From Bacteroidota bacterium (GTDB taxonomy: Bacteria > Bacteroidota > Bacteroidia > Bacteroidales > FEN-979), in assembly GCA_026391755.1 (NCBI GenBank), contig JAPLDN010000346.1, forward strand, positions 1 through 45,053: a DNA stretch of 45,053 nucleotides. Direction: 5' to 3'. This document shows positions 1-7,533 of this stretch, one piece after another. The notes under the pieces were generated by a model. The model saw only the letters and a list, made by a program, of their open reading frames with translations. It did not search any database and was not told the DNA's origin. Both the position numbers and the translations under genes were made by a program. Within the stretch, counting starts at the first letter, position 1. Every line of letters starts with the position of its first letter.

Positions 1-1510
1 CAGGGTTTTCTTTATAAGGAATGACGGCGGTTGCCAGAACAACAAGGTCGGCTTCAACTTCAACTTCCTGTCCAAGTTGCCCGTCTTCACCCCTAACCAT
101 CAGCTTATCGCCTTTCTGGTAGATCTTGGAAACACGGCCGCGTAAGTAAACAGCCCCGGTTTCAACCTGGGACCGGTTTACAAACTCTTCGTATCCCTTA
201 CCGGCAGCACGAATGTCCATATAGAAGATATAGGCCCTTGAATCATGCACTTTATGATGCAGGAGGATGGCGTGCTTGGCTGTGTACATGCAGCATATCT
301 TCGAGCAGAATTCAATGCCCTTGGCCTTGTCGCGGGATCCAACGCATTTGATAAAAACCACGGTTTTGGGGACTTTCCCGTCAGATGGCCTGATAGGAAG
401 ACCTCCGGTGGGGCCGTTGGCCGATACCATGCGCTCGAATTCCAGGGAGTTGATAATATCCTTGTAACGTCCAACCCCGTATTCTTCGTAAGGCGTTGCA
501 TCCCAAAGGTCATAGCCGGTTGCAACAACAACGGCGCCTATTTCCCTTTCGATCACCTCATCCGTCATCTTGAAATCAATCGCACCCTTCTCGCAGAATT
601 TTGCACAGATCCCGCATTTCCCTTTCAGGAGCATAGTGCAGTGTTCGGCGTCTATAACAGGTTTGTTTGGTACAGCCTGGGGGAAAGGAGTATAAATGGC
701 TTTACGGGTATCAATGCCCATATTGTACTCATTCGGGACTTTGACCGGGCATTTCTGCCAGCAGGCGCCGCAACCTGTACATGACTTGAAGTTCACGTAT
801 GAGGCTTTCTTCCTGATTTTCACCTTGTAATTCCCAACGTAACCGTCGAGTTCGATAACTTCCGAATATGGAATAAGCTCAATAAAAGGGTGTGAGGCTA
901 CATCCACCATCTTCGGCGTAAGGATGCATTGTGAACAATCCAGTGTGGGGAAGGTCTCATCAAGCTGAGCCATACGGCCACCGATCGAAGGAGATCTTTC
1001 AACCAGGGTAACCGGGATACGGGCATCGGCAATATCAAGCGCCGCCTGTATGCCAGCAATACCGCCACCTATGACAAGTGCGCGTTTGGTGACAGGTACC
1101 GAGATTTCGTGCAGCTGCTCGTTTGCAATACTTTTAGCTACAGCCATCCTTACAAGGTCTCCGGCTTTATCGGTTGCTGCTTTTTTATCTTTCTGATGGA
1201 CCCATGATGAATGCTCACGGATATTTGCCACCTCCAGCAGGTAAGGGTTCATCCCGGCATCGCTGAGAGCCTTGCGGAAGGTCTTTTCATGCATACGGGG
1301 GGAACAGGCGGCCACGACGATCGACGTAAGTCTGTGCTGCACAATGGCGTCCCTGATCATCTGCTGTCCGGGATCGGAACACATGTACTTGTAGTCAACG
1401 GCAAACTTGACTTCCCTGATCTTTTTGGCTTCCTCAACTACAGTCGGGACATCCACAAAATCGGCAATGTTCGCGCCACAAAAACAAACGAATACTCCAA
1501 CTCTTGCCAT
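1..1510 (-). CDS. hdrA: Heterodisulfide reductase subunit A-like flavoprotein (HdrA); first 503 codons, 3' end runs off the window
   Basis: Absent from the ORF track because there is no stop in the window. My translation from the ATG at 1510 stays open to position 1: MARVGVFVCFCGANIADF.... It has an N-terminal Cys domain (CFCG..CSDPG..ACSPRMHE), the FAD Rossmann motif VIGGGIAGIQAALD, two ferredoxin motifs (CTGCGACWQKCP, CGICAKFCEKG), and FIKCVGSRD..CSKICC. The start overlaps the hdrB stop (TAATG). Confidence 0.85.
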   Translation of the reverse strand, partial: MARVGVFVCFCGANIADFVDVPTVVEEAKKIREVKFAVDYKYMCSDPGQQMIRDAIVQHRLTSIVVAACSPRMHEKTFRKALSDAGMNPYLLEVANIREHSSWVHQKDKKAATDKAGDLVRMAVAKSIANEQLHEISVPVTKRALVIGGGIAGIQAALDIADARIPVTLVERSPSIGGRMAQLDETFPTLDCSQCILTPKMVDVASHPFIELIPYSEVIELDGYVGNYKVKIRKKASYVNFKSCTGCGACWQKCPVKVPNEYNMGIDTRKAIYTPFPQAVPNKPVIDAEHCTMLLKGKCGICAKFCEKGAIDFKMTDEVIEREIGAVVVATGYDLWDATPYEEYGVGRYKDIINSLEFERMVSANGPTGGLPIRPSDGKVPKTVVFIKCVGSRDKAKGIEFCSKICCMYTAKHAILLHHKVHDSRAYIFYMDIRAAGKGYEEFVNRSQVETGAVYLRGRVSKIYQKGDKLMVRGEDGQLGQEVEVEADLVVLATAVIPYKENP

Positions 1511-2454
1511 TATTCAACCTCGCTTTCTGCCTTTACGGCTTTTTTACCTTTTGCAGGTTTCTTGGGTTCTTCTATCACTTCACCTATATGCGCCAGGGCG
1601 CCGTCGACAGGCACAATGTGCTTGGCGAACATCATTTTTTCTTTCGGAAAACCGAAAGCCATGGCCATCAGCTGGGTGAGATAAAAGACCGGGAGATCAT
1701 ACTTTACTTTATATTTCTTTTCAATATCGCCCTGCCGCATATCGAGGTTCGACTGGCAGAGCGGGCAGGCCACTACAATGGCATGAGCCCCGCTTTCCTT
1801 GGCCATTTCGAGGATCTTTCCGCTGAGTTGCAATACCACATCGGTATCGGAAATGGAGAAAGACGCCCCGCAGCATTCAGTCTTGAAATCGAAGGGCATT
1901 GCTTTTGCGCCCAATGCCTCCACAATTTTATCCATCGACATGGGATATTCCGGCGAATCGAATTGGGTGATGGCTTTTGGGCGGGTTAGCAAACAACCGT
2001 AATAACATGCGATCTTCATCCCGCTGATGGGGCTGGTAACTTTGGACCTGATGTTTTCCAATCCTATGTCTTCATAACAGAACTGGAGCATGGATTTAAC
2101 AGCTACCCTGCCTTCATACAGGCTTTCGCCAACAACAGCCGTGTTAATCTTCTTGGCCAGTTCAGGGTTCTCATCCATATGCACCTTAGTGGATTTCATG
2201 CGCTGGTAACAGGAAGCGCAGGGGATAGTCATGGTATCATTGCTGAGTTTTTCGGCAAGCACCAGGTTACGCAAAGGCAGGGCATATGCCAGGCTTTCGT
2301 TCATGGTGTGTGCGGATGTGGCGCCGCAGCAATTCCAGTCGGGGATCTCTTCCATCTCGACATCCAGGGTCTTCATGACCATTTTAACGGTCTGGTCAAA
2401 TTCCTCGCTGGTGCCGTGTGCAGAACAACCCGGGAAATAGGTTACTTTTTTCAT
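1510..2454 (-). CDS. hdrB: Heterodisulfide reductase subunit B-like protein with two CCG domains
   Basis: Track ORF 1510..2526. Two Cys-rich CCG repeats are present (FPGC..NCCGATS..PCASC and YYGC..ECCGASF..CPLC). The preferred start is MKKVTYFPGC at 2454, 10 nt after the hdrC stop; the longer N-terminus would overlap hdrC. Confidence 0.85.
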   Translation of the reverse strand: MKKVTYFPGCSAHGTSEEFDQTVKMVMKTLDVEMEEIPDWNCCGATSAHTMNESLAYALPLRNLVLAEKLSNDTMTIPCASCYQRMKSTKVHMDENPELAKKINTAVVGESLYEGRVAVKSMLQFCYEDIGLENIRSKVTSPISGMKIACYYGCLLTRPKAITQFDSPEYPMSMDKIVEALGAKAMPFDFKTECCGASFSISDTDVVLQLSGKILEMAKESGAHAIVVACPLCQSNLDMRQGDIEKKYKVKYDLPVFYLTQLMAMAFGFPKEKMMFAKHIVPVDGALAHIGEVIEEPKKPAKGKKAVKAESEVE

Positions 2455-2464
2455 CTTTAACTTC

Positions 2465-3037
2465 TTATTTGCTCTGTTGTTCAAGTTTATCGGCCATCTC
2501 GTACATTTTTTTAATGGCTTTTGCACTCTTCATTGATTTCACGCCTAAAGGAATTTTTCCTTTCAGCAGGGCCTTCGGGGCCAGGTGCATATCCTTGAAA
2601 AGGTTACGGGTGCGGATATTGAATTCGGCCATCATGCGGAGCTCGTAATTTCTCCCGTATCGTTTGATCATATCCAGGAAGATCTCGTGGAATTTTCTGA
2701 TGTTCTTTACCTGTTTTGAATCAGGATGGTAATTCTCCTCAATAGCCAGGTGTCGCACTGCTTCCATAACCGCAGGAATGTTGATCTCCCTTGGACATCT
2801 GCCGGAACAGGCAGAGCAGGTAAGGCAGAACCAGGTGGAGTTAGCCATCTGGCATTCTTCCTTAAGTTCCAGCTTGATCATCTGCATGATCTCCCTGGGG
2901 GGAAAATCCATGAAATTTGAGACCGGGAAGGTCGACACGCATTTGCCGCACTGGTAGCATTCCAGAACGTCTGAGCCGCTCTTTTTATTCACGGCTTCCA
3001 GGAAAGTGTTTTTCCCTTTGTATGAGAGTGTTATCAT
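2465..3037 (-). CDS. hdrC: Heterodisulfide reductase subunit C-like 4Fe-4S protein
   Basis: 190 aa with an ATG start. It has two ferredoxin-type motifs, CYQCGKCVSTFP (Phe at the 4th ligand position) and CLTCSACSGRCP, followed by a helical C-terminal tail. It lies directly upstream of hdrB. Confidence 0.8.
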   Translation of the reverse strand: MITLSYKGKNTFLEAVNKKSGSDVLECYQCGKCVSTFPVSNFMDFPPREIMQMIKLELKEECQMANSTWFCLTCSACSGRCPREINIPAVMEAVRHLAIEENYHPDSKQVKNIRKFHEIFLDMIKRYGRNYELRMMAEFNIRTRNLFKDMHLAPKALLKGKIPLGVKSMKSAKAIKKMYEMADKLEQQSK

Positions 3038-3048
3038 ATAAAAACCTC

Positions 3049-3072
3049 GTACTGTTAAAAAATTAACAGTAC
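3049..3072 (-). promoter_or_regulatory. Perfect 24-bp palindrome GTACTGTTAA-N4-TTAACAGTAC, 12 nt upstream of the hdrC ATG (candidate operator or 5'-UTR hairpin)
   Basis: Read directly: gtactgttaa aaaa ttaacagtac at 3049-3072. It abuts the TAACTTTG box at 3072-3079. Confidence 0.4.
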
Positions 3073-3079
3073 AAAGTTA
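3072..3079 (-). promoter_or_regulatory. Candidate Bacteroidota -7 promoter box TAACTTTG for hdrCBA
   Basis: The minus-strand 8-mer matches TAnnTTTG and ends 34 nt upstream of the hdrC ATG. The -33 element is weak. Confidence 0.3.
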
Positions 3080-3130
3080 CTAAAGATTTCTTTTGGATAG
3101 AATCTAAATTAGGGGTGGGCCTGATTCTCT

Positions 3131-3181
3131 GTTCCCGGCCGGTTTTTCACGGATCACGATTCCCGGATCACGGTTCCCGGC
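3131..3181. repeat. Short degenerate tandem repeat (14-nt unit ggatcacgRttccc x2, plus flanking ttcccgg copies)
   Basis: ggatcacgattccc (3151-3164) and ggatcacggttccc (3165-3178) match at 13 of 14 positions. A third (g/a)ttcccgg copy starts at 3131 (gttcccgg, 3131-3138). The repeat lies immediately 3' of the acyltransferase stop. Confidence 0.5.
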
Positions 3182-4315
3182 TTACATCCCTCTCCCCCCT
3201 GTTAAAACACTGTAAACCTTCGGCAACAGTGTTCTAATCAGCAGGCCTGATCCAATACAGAATGCAATAAGCATTGACGGAAGAAGCAGGTAAGCGGCTA
3301 AGCCAGGTACAGTAAGAGGAGCAAGCAGCCTGAACATCGGATCAATGCAGTATGCGACCAGGGGGGCATGCATAGCATATATTATAAAGGAAAAGGCCGA
3401 CAGCCATACAAACCATGGTTTGTTCATGCACCAGCGAACAAGGGGATCCAGGCCAAACCAGCAGGCTATGAGCCCGCTCATTACCATGATCTTATGCAGA
3501 AGCGTCAGTATTGGGAAAAGGGCCTGTCCCAGGCAGGATGCAGCAGTTAAAGCCAGTAAAGTCTTGATGGCCGCAAAAGAAATAAAAAGGATTCCCCATA
3601 TAGCAGGTTTCAGCCAACGGGAAGGCTTCTCAATATTAAATCCACTCTTCCTGATCCAGACCCCGAGGGAAAAGAAAAGCAGCCCTTCACCTTCGATGAC
3701 AATCAGATTCAGTGTCATCAGCCATAACAGCAAGGCGAAGCCAAAGAAGAACCACCTTCCGGTGTTGTTGAGAACACACCAGCGGATTGCAGGGTAGGCC
3801 AGGTTGTAGATGAACAGTACCCTGATAAACCAAAGCTGGTAAGGCACGGGTAAAAACAACCATCGCCCCAGTAACTCATACCACTTATAATCGTGAACCA
3901 GCATCCTGGTATCGCTTATCTGGACAACATGCGACCCTCCAACGAGTTCACGTCCCCAGGGAAAGATTTCAAGCCCATAAGTGTATGCCAGTCCTAACGC
4001 ACTCCAGATCAGATAGGGGACAAAAAGTGAGCGAAACCGTTTTCCTGCCCTTGTCTTATATGGGCGGTCATCGTGCATCGCGAAAAGAAATCCAGAAATG
4101 ATAAACAGCATTGGTATCCTGAAACGGAAGATCCCGTTAGCAAGGAAATACTCGATAAAACCTGTTAAAGACCATCCCTCACCAGGAATAGTCCATGGTT
4201 GCAAATAACGCTCATGCATATTATACCCGTGAACGAACACGAGCAATACCATAGAGATGAATGACCAGAATTTGAACTTGCTGCTGATTAATGGAGACAG
4301 AACCTGTGCTGTCAT
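3182..4315 (-). CDS. Acyltransferase family 3 integral membrane protein
   Basis: Polytopic membrane protein with the acyltransferase-3-like N-terminal region (FRFRIPMLFIISGFLFA). The track start at 4378 is TTG and lies inside the tonB-downstream hairpin, so I prefer the first ATG (MTAQVLSP) at 4315. Confidence 0.65.
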   Translation of the reverse strand: MTAQVLSPLISSKFKFWSFISMVLLVFVHGYNMHERYLQPWTIPGEGWSLTGFIEYFLANGIFRFRIPMLFIISGFLFAMHDDRPYKTRAGKRFRSLFVPYLIWSALGLAYTYGLEIFPWGRELVGGSHVVQISDTRMLVHDYKWYELLGRWLFLPVPYQLWFIRVLFIYNLAYPAIRWCVLNNTGRWFFFGFALLLWLMTLNLIVIEGEGLLFFSLGVWIRKSGFNIEKPSRWLKPAIWGILFISFAAIKTLLALTAASCLGQALFPILTLLHKIMVMSGLIACWFGLDPLVRWCMNKPWFVWLSAFSFIIYAMHAPLVAYCIDPMFRLLAPLTVPGLAAYLLLPSMLIAFCIGSGLLIRTLLPKVYSVLTGGRGM

Positions 4316-4324
4316 GTAATTATG

Positions 4325-4396
4325 AAAAAAAGAACCCTTAATTTTTCCACCAAACGCTCTGTCTGAGGATTGGAACAATGGGAAAATTAAGGGTTC
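4325..4396 (-). terminator. Rho-independent-terminator-like hairpin plus U7 tract after tonB
   Basis: In minus sense: GAACCCTTAATTTTCC (4396-4381), a 32-nt loop with an inner CCAA/TTGG stem, GGAAAAATTAAGGGTTC (4348-4332), then TTTTTTT (4331-4325). The hairpin starts 21 nt after the tonB stop. The large loop lowers confidence. Confidence 0.45.
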
Positions 4397-4417
4397 CTAG
4401 TTAAGTCAATTGCAGGT

Positions 4418-5200
4418 TTACTGCAGTGTAAACTTAATAGGTAAGTTAAACTGTACACGCACTGGCTGACCGCGCTGCTTGCCGGCCGCCCATTTGGGCA
4501 TGGCTTTCACGATACGGATTGCCTCTTCGTCGCAACCTCCGCCGATACCGCGTTTCACAACCACGTTACTGGTTGACCCGTCGGGTTCAACGACGAAGGC
4601 AACGAAAACACGTCCCTGTATACCAAGTTCCTTGGCTTCTTCGGGGTATTTAAGGTTTTCACCCAGCCATTTGTACAAAGCAGCTTCGCCGCCCGGGAAT
4701 GTTGGAGGTTCCTCAACGATGAGAAACACTTCAGCTTCCACTTTCTGTTCGATAACCTGAGTCTTTACCTCTTTTTCTTCTACCTGGACTTCCTCGGAGG
4801 GAACTTCAGTGTTTCCCTTTTGGGCAAGCATGTCCTGCTTACCGAAATCAGATTCCACATTGGTGTCTTCCACAACCTTGGGTGCTGTAAATTTCACCTT
4901 TTCCACAAGTGCTTCAGGGGGTGGTGGAGGGGGTGGTGGGGGTGGCAGATCTTCCTTAGGCATGTTCAGCATTTCGGCCGTCACTGACTTTTCCTTTTCT
5001 CTGAGCAATTTTTCCTTGTTTAGGTATGCATTGATTAAAGGATAGGCAGCGGCAGACATAATGACGAGGAGGCCAATGATAAGGGAAATCGTAAGATAGC
5101 GACGGTACTTCTTGCGAAGCACATAAGATCCGTATTCCTTGTTACGGTTCTTGAAGACGATTTCCTCCAGAGACTCTACACCCTGTTTTTCAATTGCCAT
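4418..5200 (-). CDS. tonB: TonB family energy transducer
   Basis: N-terminal membrane anchor, a Pro10 linker (PPPPPPPPPP), and a C-terminal TonB domain (GIQGRVFVAFVVEPDGS..VRVQFNLPIKF). Confidence 0.85.
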   Translation of the reverse strand: MAIEKQGVESLEEIVFKNRNKEYGSYVLRKKYRRYLTISLIIGLLVIMSAAAYPLINAYLNKEKLLREKEKSVTAEMLNMPKEDLPPPPPPPPPPEALVEKVKFTAPKVVEDTNVESDFGKQDMLAQKGNTEVPSEEVQVEEKEVKTQVIEQKVEAEVFLIVEEPPTFPGGEAALYKWLGENLKYPEEAKELGIQGRVFVAFVVEPDGSTSNVVVKRGIGGGCDEEAIRIVKAMPKWAAGKQRGQPVRVQFNLPIKFTLQ

Positions 5201-5230
5201 ACGTTATATTTTTATACGTTCATTAAAAAC

Positions 5231-5869
5231 TTATTTGGGGGCAGTTTTCAACATGTCTTTTTCAACGGGACTCAGGTCTACAATTGCATAACTCGCAATA
5301 TTGCAGATAGCCATCTCGTCAATGATGTTGACAATGTCCTTGTACTTTGCTTTCTCGTCGGCCTTGATCAGAACGATAGGGCCTTTTTTATCGTCCCTTT
5401 TCATCTTCTTGATCTCGTTCTCGAGTGTAGTATCAGCCACCACTATCTTTCCTGTAACCCGTTTATCGCGGTATTCGGCAATCTTTGTAAACAGGTCCCG
5501 GTTCTTGTCCAACAGGATTTTACGGATCCCGTCCTTGCTGAAGTTGGTTTTAACCAGTGATGGAAGAGGGGGCTTTTTTGGGTCGGCCATACCGATGTAA
5601 TAGTATACCTTGTCGCCTTCGGAAAGAACAATGTTCAGTGTACGGAAAGCCGAGATCTGGGGCTGATCCTTTTTCTGATCCTGGCTATCCTTCTCAGGCA
5701 TCGTAATGACCATTACTTTCGCCTTACTGAAAGCGGTGGTTAGCATAAAGAAAGTAATCAGCAAACACATCAGGTCGACCATAGGGGTCATGTCGATGCG
5801 GGTGCCGTGCTTCTTAGGCCTGCGTTTACCACCTTTTTTTCCTTTTTCTTCTTGAATTATTTCGGCCAT
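5231..5869 (-). CDS. exbD: ExbD/TolR family biopolymer transport protein (long form)
   Basis: Basic N-terminus, then IDMTPMVDLMCLLITFFML, a single TM, and a periplasmic domain. Paralogue of the upstream gene. Confidence 0.85.
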   Translation of the reverse strand: MAEIIQEEKGKKGGKRRPKKHGTRIDMTPMVDLMCLLITFFMLTTAFSKAKVMVITMPEKDSQDQKKDQPQISAFRTLNIVLSEGDKVYYYIGMADPKKPPLPSLVKTNFSKDGIRKILLDKNRDLFTKIAEYRDKRVTGKIVVADTTLENEIKKMKRDDKKGPIVLIKADEKAKYKDIVNIIDEMAICNIASYAIVDLSPVEKDMLKTAPK

Positions 5870-5900
5870 ATAGGATTTTCTTTAACGTTATGGTTTCTCA

Positions 5901-6545
5901 TTACTTCGCAGCGGGAGGAAGGTCCTTCATAGTAACTTCCTGCTTCTGCAGATTCGTAACGAGATTAAATTTATTCACCTTGTTATCCTGTAACAAGTCC
6001 ATGACCTTCTTGACTAGTTTATAGTCAGTGTCAGCATCACCCTTGATAGCGACTTCAGCCCCGACATTTGTCAGACGGGCTTCGCGAACCCACCACGCAA
6101 GCTGGTTATCGGTTGAATCCATTGGGATGCCTGTTTGCAGTTTCTCCTTCTCTTTGGAATCCTTCGAATTGAGCCATGTTTTCAGGTCCTTGATAGGTAA
6201 TCCGAATGACGACATGGTTCCAAATTTCGCAATTTCCGCTTTGGTGAAAGTGATCTTATACTGCTCCCCGATCTTTCCCAGCAATTTACTGCGGAAATGA
6301 GTCGAAGTATCTTTACCGTTGTCAATATTGAAAAACACCTTCCCGTCCTTTGCAATAAAGATGGTCATAAGGTCAGCATCAGGGGCCTGTTTTTCCGAGA
6401 TCGACTGAGGTGTTGTAATGACAGCAGCCTCTTGAGGACGGAATGAAGCGGTAAGCAACAGAAAGATCAGAAGTACAGAAAACAAATCCACCATGGGTGT
6501 CATGTCTATATGCGGTGTTCTAACCGGTGGTTTTATCTTTGGCAT
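5901..6545 (-). CDS. exbD: ExbD/TolR family biopolymer transport protein (long form)
   Basis: HIDMTPMVDLFSVLLIFLLL motif, a single TM, and a periplasmic domain. Confidence 0.85.
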   Translation of the reverse strand: MPKIKPPVRTPHIDMTPMVDLFSVLLIFLLLTASFRPQEAAVITTPQSISEKQAPDADLMTIFIAKDGKVFFNIDNGKDTSTHFRSKLLGKIGEQYKITFTKAEIAKFGTMSSFGLPIKDLKTWLNSKDSKEKEKLQTGIPMDSTDNQLAWWVREARLTNVGAEVAIKGDADTDYKLVKKVMDLLQDNKVNKFNLVTNLQKQEVTMKDLPPAAK

Positions 6546-6611
6546 GGAATTCTGGTTTTAAATTATAAATACACAATATTATGTACATAATTTGCTGTAA
6601 CGCCAAAAATA

Positions 6612-7430
6612 TTACTTGGAAGAAGCGGCAAATGACTGTACAAGGCTGAATCCTGCCTCATCAATTTTATAGGTAAAACTATCAATCTGTGTTGAGAAGC
6701 TATTATAAAGAACAATGGCCAATAAAGATCCGGTGATACCGAAAGCAGTATTGATAAGAGCCTCAGAAATACCGGTTGCAAGAGCCAGTGCATCGGGGCT
6801 GCCGGCCTGGGCCAAAGCTCCGAATGCGCGGATCATACCAAGAACTGTTCCCAGAAGACCGATCAGCACGGAGATGGATGCAATGGTTGAAAGGATCACG
6901 AGATTTCTTGAAAGCATTGGAAGCTCAAGAGCTGAAGCTTCTTCAAATTCCTTCTGCAGGGCAACGATCTTCTGGTCTTTAACCAGGGTTTTATCATCCT
7001 GAAGGGAACGGTAACGAACAAGACCGGCTTTCATAACATTGGCCAGCGAGCCTTTCTGCTTGTCGCAAGCTACGATAGCATCTTCGATTTTGTTGGAATC
7101 CAGAAGGCCCTGTAAGTTCTTAACAAATACGTTTATGCGGCCCTTCCCCTGTGCACGGGTCAATGTGATCAGACGCTCGACTGAGAAAATAATCAGAATA
7201 AGGTTAACAGTCATCAGGAGAGGTACGATCATTCCCCCTTTGTAAATGATCCCGAGATAGTTGCCAGGCAGCGGAGTGCCATTATGGTTTCCGCCTTCGA
7301 AGTTGATAGGGTTTCCCATCACATACTTGAAAATTAAGTAAGATACGATAAGGGCTATGATCATTGCACCTAACGTAAACACCGATCTTAAGGCGTCCAT
7401 TAATCCGCCTTTGCTGCTTTTGTTGCTCAT
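6612..7430 (-). CDS. exbB: MotA/TolQ/ExbB proton channel family protein
   Basis: Three TM segments with the C-terminal channel signature (LLGTVLGMIRAF..EALINTAFGI). Confidence 0.9.
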   Translation of the reverse strand: MSNKSSKGGLMDALRSVFTLGAMIIALIVSYLIFKYVMGNPINFEGGNHNGTPLPGNYLGIIYKGGMIVPLLMTVNLILIIFSVERLITLTRAQGKGRINVFVKNLQGLLDSNKIEDAIVACDKQKGSLANVMKAGLVRYRSLQDDKTLVKDQKIVALQKEFEEASALELPMLSRNLVILSTIASISVLIGLLGTVLGMIRAFGALAQAGSPDALALATGISEALINTAFGITGSLLAIVLYNSFSTQIDSFTYKIDEAGFSLVQSFAASSK

Positions 7431-7496
7431 CGTTAATTGAATTTAAGTTATAAAATACTTGAATTTATTAGTTTTTTGACAATTTTTGCTTGGTCA

Positions 7497-7504
7497 CAAA
7501 AGTA
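7497..7504 (-). promoter_or_regulatory. Candidate internal -7 box TACTTTTG upstream of exbB
   Basis: The minus-strand 8-mer matches TAnnTTTG. It sits in the 103-nt TPR-exbB spacer, about 67 nt before the exbB ATG. Confidence 0.25.
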
Positions 7505-7533
7505 TAAAAATATTGATTGATTACCAAAACCCT

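Noticed and set aside
178-784. Track ORFs 178..531 (-) and 245..784 / 267..467 (+) at the left edge
   Set aside because: They lie inside, or antisense to, the uninterrupted hdrA reading frame (1..1510, minus). That frame has strong HdrA motifs and is missing from the track only because it has no stop in the window.
1-1510. Possible selenocysteine (in-frame TGA) in hdrA, as in some methanogen HdrA proteins
   Set aside because: My translation of the minus frame from 1510 to 1 contains no in-frame stop codon of any kind.
4917-4946. G-rich tract (ggggtggtggagggggtggtgggggtggc) as a possible phase-variable simple repeat
   Set aside because: It is the antisense of the Pro10 linker of TonB. It is not a pure homopolymer or a unit repeat, and it has an ordinary coding explanation.
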